DNA of 63,290 nt, counting the filler, from Chiloscyllium plagiosum (Eukaryota): the NCBI RefSeq assembly GCF_004010195.1. It is 5 parts of one record of this genome, joined end to end, with 100 filler letters (N's around TTAATTAATTAA, not from the genome) between each part and the next. Parts side by side here need not be neighbours in the genome. Positions count along the whole stretch, not along the records: positions 11,190 to 40,627 come from NC_057712.1; positions 40,728 to 55,105 come from NC_057712.1; 3 more parts are not named here. The stretch is one strand, 5' to 3'. The position numbers and the translations under genes were made by a program. The notes beneath the pieces were generated by a model. That model made no database searches and was not told where the DNA came from. It saw nothing but the letters and a program-made list of their open reading frames with translations. Of this stretch, positions 38,163-49,200 are shown piece after piece (the stretch's first letter is position 1; each line of letters begins with the position of its first letter).

Positions 38163-39120
38163 TGTTAACAGAGAGCATGGAGCAGGTTTCTGTGCATAAC
38201 AAGATTTCGTATTTATTATAAAGAAGTAGCTTGTAGCTACAGGTGAACAAGTGGATACCTCTACTAGTTAAAACTCTAGCCCCTTTATAAAACACCCCCT
38301 ACAGACAGCCAAAAACATTTGTGCTATGGATAGAGGAAAGAACTGGAAAAGTGGATCAAATGACCCCTGTCAACAGGGTTGATTATTTTGCTTGTCAGGA
38401 CATGCTATTCACCAATTCCTCTTCTCCATGTGCTTTGCCTTGCAGAAGGCACAGGGCAACTGAATCATAAATTGCAAAGTCTCTTAGCTCCTGGTTAAAT
38501 GCTACAGTGACTGATAAGAAAAATAAACTGAGAGACCATCTCCGCTTTCAGAAGTCTGAAGGTTTCTGGCCATTTCACTCACAGCTACAAACTGTTCAGC
38601 TAACTAAGAGCCAATCACGCAGCTGCTGGCTGGCAGACCGCCTTTGTCATCAACTGGTCACAACTCCACAAACCAATCAGCAACTTGTTGGTGATGAATC
38701 TTACTTTGTACAGACCCCACAGTGCATCGGTACCTTTTGTGCCCTTCATCCAAGTCATTTTATAAAAACTGTCAACAGTTGACATCCCTGTGGCAGACAG
38801 CTTGTCACATCTTAGTCTAGATTAGAGTGGTGCTGGAAAAGCATAGCAGGTCAGGCAGCATCTGAGGAACAGGAAAATTGATGTTTCAGGTAAAAGCCCT
38901 TCACCTAGCTTGTCACATCCTGCCCACTTGGACATGTCCCATTTTGGTCTACTCTTTATTTCCTGTTAGGCAGCCAATCTTCTGTCTATGCAAAAATGAT
39001 GAACCCACACCACAGTAACCTTTGAAGTTGCACATTATAAAAAGTCTTCAGAAAATCTCAGTGAAATACATCCACAGGTCCCTCTTAAACTGAGCAGGGG
39101 TTACCTCCTCAAAAAATTCA
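38163..39120 (-). mobile_element. Possible solo LTR
   Basis: Unique sequence island in the satellite with TG/CA ends; minus-strand TATAAA (38284-38289) then AATAAA (38212-38217) near the end; no TSD found. Confidence 0.3.
38812..38906 (-). mobile_element. Short PLE pLTR insertion
   Basis: Same pLTR sequence as other copies; TSD agcttgtcacatc on both sides. Confidence 0.75.
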
Positions 39121-39459
39121 CTCTATAATTGTTTCTTAACTCTGTGTCATTGTTTGTTATTGTTCTCTGTAACTGTCTGCAACTGACCTCCTGTTCTGTA
39201 ATTCTTTGTTTCAGTTTCCTCTCTCTGTGCAAATGTTTGTTATCACTCTCCCTCTCTTTAGTTATGTATTGCAGTTTCCTCTCTCTGTAAGTATTTGATA
39301 CTACCCTCCCTTGCTGTAATTCTCTATTTTAACTCTATCTCTGTCTTTGTAACTGTTTGTTCTTGCACTAAGTAACTTCTATTTTGGTTTTGCTCTGTAT
39401 GCTTTGTATTGTTGCATTTTCCGTAATTTCTTAAATTTGTCATTGTTTGTTGTTGCTAT

Positions 39460-40134
39460 TGTGGGATATAGGTGAATTAATGTTATTTCTGCAATTATAA
39501 GTTCTGATACAGAGTAAATGAATTCACATTAGTTTGGGATTGTTTCGGCCGAGAGCTGACTTAGCAAGAATGAGGAAATATATAATCCGTTACAAAATGG
39601 TATGTTAGCCTGAGACGTGATTACAAAACAATGGTAGAAATACAAGCACTAGATAAAATGCTGTAAAGAGAGGCCTGTATAAACAGTAGGTTTCCCACTT
39701 GTATGGGGACACAGGAACAAACCCTAATTAAAGAGGTCATAAAGGTCAGAGTGGTGTCCGGAGAGGAATAAATGCTGATAAAGAAAGGATATGCCTAGCG
39801 GTGACCTGCAGTGGGATGACGTCAAACAACCTTATGGGGGCCAGAGATAGGCATTTGTCACGGACAAGGCCGGATAAACAGAAGTTGTGAGATCAGTCTT
39901 AAGGAAATGAGTGACGTAAGCGGAGGAGGGGGCAAACAATGAAATAAGAAAAAATATGGGGATTCAAACTGTATAAATTTCGAGAGTTTGTTGGATTTGG
40001 TGTGTATTTGTCATTGCCTTACCTGGCATTAGACATTGCACCCACTTGCAAGTGTACAAATAAACGGCACTACTGTTTCAGATTTGTGGTCTCGGACTGA
40101 AATTATTGAAGTGAGTGAGCTTTTGTTTCTCCCA
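39460..40134 (+). repeat. ERV 5' LTR
   Basis: TGTGGGA...TCTCCCA; TATAAA at 39972 and AATAAA at 40059; homologous to 41512-42277. Confidence 0.92.
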
Positions 40135-40136
40135 AT

Positions 40137-40154
40137 TGGGGGCTCGTCCAGGAT
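40137..40154 (+). promoter_or_regulatory. Primer binding site, tRNA-Pro
   Basis: TGGGGGCTCGTCCAGGAT differs by 1 base from the canonical Pro PBS TGGGGGCTCGTCCGGGAT and lies 2 nt after the LTR end. Confidence 0.93.
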
Positions 40155-40450
40155 TTTCTTCCATCGCTGGGGGGGAGTGGCTGGCCATGGACACTGAGAA
40201 GATGCATTCCGTTCCCCATTGAGGAGCGGTCTCATGTCCTGGTTTGATCTGCTCCCTTGGGCGACTGGTATGAATCCCACTAGAGAGACATCTGAATCAG
40301 ACAGTGACGGGAGGTTGATAGACAATACGGCAAAAAGGGGCCAGGCAACTCTGTGCACAGACCAAGGTAAGAAAATTGACTTTTAAGTATTGCCTTGGTG
40401 GCCGGGATTGAGTTTTAGTAGTTAATAAGGGACTAACGAAGGAACTCAAT

Positions 40451-40627
40451 ATGGATTGTGCCGTGGGTAAGGAAAAAGCCTCCGGGAAAACAAAGTAAGG
40501 AAAAGGCAATGGAAATGGAGGCGGGGTCCCTTACAACATACCTCCAGAAAGTCCTTTAGGCAGGATGTTGTGGAATTGGCAAAATAATACTTGTACAAGG
40601 GAAAAAGATGATTAAATATTGTTGCTT
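40451..40627 (+). pseudogene. gag: ERV gag N-terminus (matrix), disrupted and running into the gap
   Basis: MDCAVGK...K*GKGNG...IPPESPLGRMLWNWQNN...(frameshift)MIKYCC; candidate splice donor caag/gtaaga at about 40365. Confidence 0.75.
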
Positions 40628-40728
40628 NNNNNNNNNNNNNNNNNNNNNNNNNNNNNNNNNNNNNNNNNNNNTTAATTAATTAANNNNNNNNNNNNNNNNN
40701 NNNNNNNNNNNNNNNNNNNNNNNNNNNG

Positions 40729-41461
40729 GGTAAGAGATTACTGTTCGATACTTCTTTTGATGACAGGATTTATCTTGATTCGGTAGGAGTCCCTAGGGGA
40801 GTACCTGAATTCAAGGCTCGTAACCAGATTGCAGCAGGCTTTGAGTCAGCTCTCTTTTGGTGGGTAACAATTAATAAAAATGTAGATTGGATAAATTACA
40901 TTTTCTATAATCAACAGCGATTTATAAATTATACAAGAGATGCGGTTAAAGGAATATCAGAACAGCTTGATGCGACAAGTAGAATGGCATGGGAAAACAG
41001 AATAGCCCTTGATATGATTTTAGCAGAAAAAGGGTGTGTGTGTGATGTTGGGAGGAAGCTGTTGTACCTTTATTCCTAATAACACTGCACCTGATGGTTC
41101 AATTACTCGGGCCTTAAGGGGATTGACTACCTTAGCAGAGGAACTGGCTGAGAATTCAGGAGTAGACACATCTCTCACAGGATGGCTTGAGTCCTGGTTT
41201 GGAAAATGGAAGGGGGTGGTGGTTTCTATCCTTACTTCCCTGATAGTAGTAGTTGGGGTGTTGGTGGCCATTGGCTGTTGTATCATACCCTGTATGCGAG
41301 GGCTCACCCAAAGACTGATTGAAACAGCCTTGATGAAACAGATGCCCCTAAAAGGGAATCAGACAGAGGAACTTTATTGACTAAATAATGAGGAGATGAG
41401 TGAGACCAAGATGGATGAAATCTCCAGAATGATGCTTGCGAATTTCAGGGGCGATGTTTAA
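40729..41461 (+). pseudogene. env: ERV env transmembrane subunit, with one frameshift near 41040 and a probable premature TGA at 41378
   Basis: IYLDSVGVPRGVPEFKARNQIAAGFES...WENRIALDMILAEKG (immunosuppressive domain), CVMLGGSCC (CX6CC), hydrophobic TM anchor; the frame continues past the TGA to a TAA at 41461. Confidence 0.92.
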
Positions 41462-41494
41462 AAGAAAAAATGCAGAAGATAACAAATGGTAATT

Positions 41495-41510
41495 AAAGAA
41501 AAAGGGGAAA
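41495..41510 (+). promoter_or_regulatory. Polypurine tract
   Basis: aaagaaaaaggggaaa directly before the 3' LTR. Confidence 0.88.
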
Positions 41511-41511
41511 T

Positions 41512-42277
41512 TGTGGGATATAGGTAAATTAATGTTGCTTCTGCAATTCTGCAATTCTGCAATTATAGTTTCTGATACAAAGTAAATGAACTCACATCAG
41601 TGTGTAATTGTTTCAGCCAAGAGCTGAGTCAACAAGAATGGAAACTATGTGGAGGAAATATATAATTATTTTTGTATTAGCTAAAATTGTATGCCAGCCT
41701 GAAACGTGATTGCAAAACAATGGTAGATATTATGGGCAAATAGATAAGATGTTGTGAGGGGATGAAGTTAGGCTAGATACACGCCTGTACAAACAGTAGG
41801 TATAAACATCTGTTTCCCACTTTTACAGAGACACAGGAACAAACCCTAATTAAAGAGGTCATAGAGATCAGAGTGGCTTTGGGAGAAGCCCAGATGGAAA
41901 GAGTAGATACTGATGAAGAAAGAACATGCCTAACAATGACCTGCAGCGGGATGGGATCAAACAGCCTGGTGAGGCCAAAAATAAGCATTTTGTCACAGAC
42001 AAGGCCGGATAAGGCAAGAGATAAGCAGGAGTGGTGGGACCAGTCTTAGGGAAGTGGAGGATGTAAACAGGGGGGGGAGACAATGAAATAAGAAAAAAAA
42101 TGTAGGAACCAAATTATATAAATATCGAGAGTTTGTTGAATTTGGTGTGTGTATGTCCTCTGCCTTGCCTGGCACTGGACATCACACCCACTTGCAAGTG
42201 TAAAAATAAAGGACACTACTGATTCAGATTTTGTCTCGGACTGCAATTATTGAAGTGTGTGGGCTTTGTTTCTCACA
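41512..42277 (+). repeat. ERV 3' LTR
   Basis: TGTGGGA...TCTCACA with TATA and AATAAA; homologous to the 5' LTR but with many differences. Confidence 0.92.
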
Positions 42278-43006
42278 CCTATCTCTGTAATGGTTTGTTA
42301 TTACTATCTTCCTCACTGTAACAGTTTGTTAATACTCCCTCCCTCACTGTAACGGTTTCTTACTACTCTCCTCTTCATTGTAATGGCTTGTTATTACTCT
42401 GCCCTTCACTGTAACGGTTTGTTATTACCATCTCTCTCCCTGTAAAGGCTTGTTATTACTCTCTCCCTTGCTTGAACGGTATGTTATTGCCTGCTCCCTA
42501 CTGTAATGGTTTGTTATTACTCTCTCCCTCACTGTAAAGGTTTGTTATTACTCTCTCCCTCAATGTATGAGATTATTATTACTCTCCCCTTCAATGTAAT
42601 AGTTTGTTATTATTCTCTCCCTCACTATACCAGTTTGACATTACTCTCTCCCTCACTGTAATGGTTTGTTATTACCCTCCCCCCTTGCTGTAATGGTTTG
42701 TTATCACCATCACCAGCTCACTGTAATGGACTGTTATTACTCTCTCCCTCACTGTAATGGTTTGTAATTACTCTCTCCCTCCCTATAACAGTTTGTTATT
42801 ACTCTCCACTTCACTGTAACAGTTTGTTATTGCTCTCTCCTTCACTGTAATGGACTGTTATTACCCTCTCCTTCACTGTAACTGTTTGTTATTATTCTTT
42901 CCCACCCTGTAACAGTTTGTTATCACACTCTCACTCACTGTAATGAATTGTTATTACCCTCTTCCTCACTGTAATGGTTTGTTATTACCCTCTCCCTCTT
43001 ATTGTA

Positions 43007-44088
43007 ATGCATAAGGCAGAGAGTTGGGATAAAAGGTTCTTTTTCGGAATGGCAGCCGGTGACAAGCGGTATCCCGCAGGGTTCAGTGTTGGGGCCGCAG
43101 CTGTTCACATTATATATTAATGATCTGGATGAAGGGGCTGGAGGCATTCGAGCGAAGTTTGCCGATGATACAAAGTTAGGTGGACAGGCAGGTAGTACTG
43201 AGGAAGTGGGGAGGCTGCAGAAGGATCTAGACAGTTTGGAAGAGTGGTCCAGGAAATGGCTGATGGAATTCAATGTGAGCAAATGCAAGGTCTTGCACTT
43301 TGGAAAAAAGAATACAAGCATGGACTACTTTCTAAACGGTGAGAAAATTCGTAAAGCCAAAGTACAGAGGGATCTGGGAGTGCTAGTTGAGGATTCTCTA
43401 AAGGTAAACATGCAGGTCGAGTCCGTGATTAAGAAAGCGAATGCAATGTTGTCAATTATCTCAAGAGGGTTGGAAGATAAAAGCACTGTTGTGCTACTGA
43501 GACTTTATAAAGCTCTGGTTAGGCCCCATTTGGAGTACTGTGTCCAGTTTTGGTCCCCACACCTCAGGAGGGACATACTGGCACTGGAGCGTGTCCAGCG
43601 GAGATTCACACGGATGATCCCTGGAATGGTAGGTCTAACATATGAGGAACGGCTGAGGATCCTGGGATTGTATTCATTGGAGTTTAGAAGATTAAGGGGA
43701 GATCTAATAGAAACTTATAAGATAATACATGGCTTGGAGAGGGTGGACGCTAGGAAATTGTTTCTGTTAGGCGAGGAGACAAGGACCCGTGGACACAGCC
43801 TTACAATTAGAGGGGGTAAATTCAGAACAGAAATTTGGAGACATTTCTTCAGCCAGAGAGTGGAGGGCCTGTGGAATTCATTGCCGCAGAGTGCAGTGGA
43901 GGCTGGGACGCTAAATGTCTTCAAGGCAGAGATTGATAAATTCTTGATGTCACAAGGAATTAAGGGCAACGGGGAGACTGCGGGTAAGTGGAGTTGAAAT
44001 GCCCATCAGCCATGATTAAATGGCGGCGTGGACTCGATGGGCCGAATGGCCTTACTTCAGCTCCTATGTCTTATGGTCTTATGGTCTT
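43007..44088 (+). mobile_element. Young 5'-truncated CR1 LINE with an uninterrupted 312-codon RT C-terminal frame (43059-43997)
   Basis: SGIPQGSVLGPQLF; FADDTK; LVRPHLEYCVQFWSP; tail (cttatggt)n; short taatg duplication. Confidence 0.95.
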
Positions 44089-44741
44089 AATGGACTGTTA
44101 TTACTCTCTCCCTCACCGTAACAGTTTTTTATTATCCTCTCCCTCGCTGTAACCGTTTATTGCTCTCTCCTTCTTTCTAATGGTTTGTTATTACTCTTTC
44201 CCCCTCCTGTAATGGTTTATTATTCCCCCCTCCCACCCTCTACTGGTTTGTTATTACTTGCTCCTCACTGTAACGGTTTGTTATTCCATTCTCCCACCCT
44301 GTAACGGTTTATCATTACCCTCTCCCTCATTGTCATGGTTTGTTGTTACTGTCTCCCTCACTGACGGTTTGTTATTACCCACTTCCTCCCTGTAATGGTT
44401 TCTTATTACCCTCTTGCTCGCTGTAAGGGTTGTTATTACTCTCTCCTTCACTAAAACGGTTTGTTATTATCCTCTCCCCCTCGCTGTAATGGACAGTTAT
44501 TACCCTCTCCCTCATTGTAACAGTCTGTTATTACTTTCCACTTCACTGTAATAGTTTGTTATTACTCTTTCCCTCACTGTAACAGTTTGTTATTACCCTC
44601 TCCCTCGCTGTGACCATTTATTACTCTCTCCCTCTTTCTAAAGATTTGTTATTACTCTCTCCCACTTGCTGTAGTGGTTTGTTATTACCCTCTCCCTCAC
44701 TGTAATCATTTGTTATTACTCTCTCCCTCATTATAATATTT

Positions 44742-44919
44742 GAGAGAAAGTGAGGCCTGCAGATGCTGGAGATCAGAGCTGAAAATGTGTTGCTGGAAAA
44801 GCGCAGCAGGTCAGGCAGCATCCAAGGAGCAGGAGAGTCGATGTTTCGGGCCCGTCGATTCTCCTGTTCCTTGGATGCTGCCTGGCCTGCTGCGCCTTTC
44901 CAGCAACACATTTTCAGCC
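44742..44919. mobile_element. Palindromic PLE pLTR-derived insertion
   Basis: Inverted arms at 44778-44841 and 44855-44918; flanked by cattataata. Confidence 0.8.
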
Positions 44920-46226
44920 CACATTATAATAGTTTGTTATTACTCTCTATCGCAGTAATGGTTTGTTATTACCCTCTCCCTCTCTGTAACAGTTTGTTAT
45001 CATCCTCTCCCTCACTGTAATGGTCTGTTATTACACTCTCCATCAATGTAACAGTTTGTAATTACTCTCCCTCACTGTCACGATTTGTTATTACCTCTCC
45101 ATGACTGTAACGTATTGTTATTACTCTCTCACTGTCTGTGATGGTTTGTAATTACTCACTTACTTTCTATAATGGTTTGTTATTACTCTCCCCTTCATGG
45201 TAACAGTTTGTTATTACTGCCTCCCTCACTGTAACGGTTTATTATTACCATCTTCCTCCCTGTAATGGTTTGTTATTACTCATCTCTCTCACTATAATGG
45301 ACTGTTATTACTCTCTCCCTCACTGTAATGGTTTGATATTACACTCTCCCTCACTGTAATGATTTGATACTACACTCTCTCTCCCTGTAATGGTTTGTTA
45401 TTACACTCTCCCTTCCTGTAATGTTTTGTTTTCACTCTCTCCCTCACTGTAATGGTTTGATATTACACTCTCCCTCACTATAATGGTTTGTTATTACACT
45501 CTCCCTTCCTGTAATGGTTTGTTTTTACTCTCTCCCTCACTGTAATGGTTTGTTTTTACTCTCTCCCTCACTGTAATAGTTTGTCATCACTTTCTCCCTC
45601 ACTGTAACAGTTTGTTGTTACTCTCTCCCTCACTATACAGGTTTGATATTACTTACTCCCTTACTCTAACGGTTTGTTATTATACTCTCTCCCCCACTGT
45701 AATGGTTTGTTGTTACCCACTCCCTCGCTATAAGTGTTTATTACTCTCTCTGCTATTACTCTCTCCCCCGTGCTGTAATGGTCTGTTATTACTCTCTCAC
45801 TCACTGTAACAGTTTGTTATTAACTCCTCCTTCCCTGCACTGGTTTGTTATTACTCACTCCCTCACTGTAATGGTTTGATATTACTCTCTCCTTCACTGT
45901 AATGGTTTGATATTACTCACTCCCTTGCTCTAACGCTTTGATATTATCCTCTTCCTCCCTGTAATGGTTTGTTGTTACTCTTTCCCTCATGAAATGGTTT
46001 GTTATTACCCTCTCTCACTCATTGAAACAGATTGTTATTACTTTTTTCCTCATTTGTTATTACAATCACCCTCACTTTAAAGGTCTGTTATTACTCTCTC
46101 ATTCTCTGTAATGTTTTGTTATTACTCTTTCCCTCACTATAACAGTTTGTTATCACCCTCTCCCTCCCTGTAACAGTTTGTTATCACCCTCCCTGTAACA
46201 GTTTGTTATTACTCTCTTCCTCTCTG

Positions 46227-46247
46227 GGTAAAAACAATGACTGCAGA
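46227..46247 (-). mobile_element. 21-bp PLE terminal insertion with a 14-bp TSD
   Basis: ggtaaaaacaatgactgcaga, identical to the end of the 21917 element, lies between two copies of tctcttcctctctg. Confidence 0.8.
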
Positions 46248-49200
46248 TCTCTTCCTCTCTGTAATGGTTTGTTATTACACTCTCCCTCACTGTAATGGCT
46301 TGCTAATATACCTTCCATCCCTGTAACAGTTTTTTTATTGTTCTTCCTCGTTTAATGGATTATTATTACTCTCTCACACTCTGTGATGGTTTGTTATTAT
46401 GCACTCTCCCTTGCTGAAATGGACTGTTATTACTCTTGCCCTCACTGTAACAGTTTGGTGTTACACCATCCCCATAACAGTTAGTTATTACTCTCTCCCT
46501 CAGTCTAACCATTTGTTTTTGCTCTCTCCTGTCCTGTAATGGTTTGTTATTGCTCTCTCCCTCACTGTAATGGCTTTTATCACACTCTCCCTCACTGAAA
46601 TGGTTTGTTATTATTCTCTGCCTTGCTCTAACAGTTTGTTATTGTATTCTCTCCTTCATGTAACGCTTTGTTATTACTCTCTTCATTATTGTAACAGTTT
46701 ATTATTACTCTCTCCTTCACTGTAACAGTTTGTTATAACCCTCTTCCCCCTCCCTGTAATGCATTATTACCCTCTCCCTCTCGCTGTAATTGACTGTGCA
46801 TTACTCTCTCACTCACTGTAATGTCTGTTATTAACCTCTCCTTGCTGTAATGGACTGTTATTACTCTCTCCCACATTGTAACAGTTTGTTATTACTCTCT
46901 CCCACACTGTAATGGTTTGATATTGTTCTCTCCCTCCCTGTAATGTTCTGTTATTACTCTCTCCCTCACTCTAACCACTTGTTATTGCTCTCTCCTGCCC
47001 TGTAACAGTTTGTTATTACCCTCTCACTCACTGTAATGGTTTGATATTGCCCTCTTCTGCCCTGTAATGGTTTCTTATTACCATGTCCCTCACTGTAATG
47101 GTTTGTTATTACCCTCTCCCTCACTGTAATGGTTTGTTATTACAATCTCCCTCACTTTAACACTCTGTTACTACTCTCTCACTCTCTGTAATGTTTTGCT
47201 ATTACTCTTTGCCTCACCATAACAGTTTGTTATTACTCTCCCCTTCACTGTAACGGTTTGTTATTACATTCTCCATCCCTGTAACAGTTTGTTATTACTC
47301 TCCCTCACTGTAACAGTTTGTTATTACCCTCTACGTGACTACAATAGATTGTTATTACTCTTTGCTCACTGTAACAGTTTGTTGTTACCCCGTCCCCCTC
47401 ACTGTAATGGGCTGTAATTATTCTCTTGCTCCCTGTAATGGTTTGTTATTACCCTCCCCCTCGCTGTAACAGACTGTTATTACTCTCTCCCTCACTGTAA
47501 TGGTTTGTTATTACTCTCTCCATCACTATAATGGTTTGTTATTACTCTCTCCCTCATTGTAATGGTTTATTTCCAATGGTATGTTATTACTCTCACCCCC
47601 TGGCTGTGATGGATTGGTATTACTCTCTCCCTCACTGTAACAGATTGTTAATATTCTATCCCTCACTGCAGTGGTTTGTTTTTACTCTCTCCCCAACTGT
47701 AACAATTTATTATTACCCCCTCCCTCCCTATAATAGTTTGTTATTACTCTCTTCCTCACTGTAACAGTTTGTTATTACCCTCTCCCTCAATGTAACAGTT
47801 ATACTAATGTTATTGATGGTTACATTGATGGTTATTACTCTCTCCCCTTCACTGTAATGTTTTGTTATTACTCTTTCCCTCAATGTAACAGTTTGTTATT
47901 ATACTCACCCTCCCTGTAGCAATTTGCTATTCCCCTCTCCCTCCCTGTAATGGTTTGTTATTACTCTCTCCCCTTTACAGCAATTGGTTTGTTATTACTT
48001 TCTCACTCACTGTAACAGTTTGTTATTACCCTCTCCTTCAGTGTAACAGTTTGTTATTACTCTCTCCCTCACTCTAACAGTTTGTTATTACCCTCTCCCT
48101 CACTCTAACAGTTTGTTTATACGCCCTCCCCTTCACTGTAACGGTTTGTTATTACTCTCTCCATTAGTATAACAGTTTGTTATTACCCTCTCCCTCACTG
48201 TAATGCCTTGTTATTACTCTCCCATCATGTAAAGCTTTGTTATTACTCTCTCCCTCCCTGTAACAGTTCTGTTATTACTCTCTTCCTCCCTGTAATGGTT
48301 TGTTATTAACCTCCCCTTCAGTGTAATGGTTTACTGTTACTCTGACCCTCACTGTAATTGTCTGTTATTAATCACTCCATCCCTATAATGGTTTGTTAAT
48401 ACTCTCTCCCTCGCTGTTACAGTTTGTTCTTACTCTCATTCCCTGTAATGGTTTTTTATTACTCTTTCCCTCACTGTAATAGTTTGTTATTACCCTCTCC
48501 CTCAAAGTAACTGTGTTATTACTCTCTCCCTCACTGTAGCAGTTTGTTATTACCCTCTCTCTCACTGTAACTGTTTCTTCTTGCTCTCTTTCCTTCACTG
48601 TAATGGTTTGTTATTACCCTCACCCTCACTGTAACTACTTGTTATTATCCTCTCCCTCAAAGTAACTGTGTTATTACTCTCTCCCTCACTGTAACTGTTT
48701 GTTATTACCCTCTCTCTCACTGTAATGGCTTCTTCTTACTCTCTTTCTCCTCATTGTTACAGTTTGTTCTTACTCTCTCGCTCACTGTAATGGTTTTTTA
48801 TTACTCTCTCATTCCCTGTAATGAATTGTTATTACCCTCTCCAGCAAAGCAACTGTGTTAATACTCTTTCCCTCACTGTAACAGTTTGTTATTGCCCTCT
48901 TTCTCAATATAACGGTTTCTTCTTTCTCTCCTTCACTGTAATAGTTTGTTATTACCCTCACCCTCACTGTAATGGTTTGTTATTACTCTCTTCCTCACTG
49001 TAACAGTTTGTTATTACCCTCACCCTCACTATAATAAGTTGTTATTACTCTCTCCCTCACTTTAACAATTTGTTGTTACCCTCTCCTTCAGTGTAACAGT
49101 TTGTTATTACCCTCTCCCTCACTCTAACAGTTTATTTATACGCCCTCCCCTTCACTGGAATGGTTTGTTATTACTCTCTCCATTAGTATAACAGTTTGCT

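Larger units (their letters stand above)
32830..39455. repeat. Degenerate satellite-related low-complexity DNA between the insertions
   Basis: Recurrent ctctgtaattgtttgttatt motifs on the same strand at 32830-33700, 35950-36510, 37430-38150 and 39120-39455. Confidence 0.7.
39460..42277 (+). mobile_element. Endogenous retrovirus (class I type), interior collapsed into a scaffold gap
   Basis: Two homologous LTRs with TG...CA ends, PBS-Pro, gag start, env TM and PPT; flanks gctat/cctat may be an imperfect TSD. Confidence 0.93.

Noticed and set aside
43059..43997. Domesticated reverse transcriptase gene
   Set aside because: It is 5'-truncated within RT, has no ATG start, keeps the LINE tail and sits in satellite, so it is simply a young CR1 copy.
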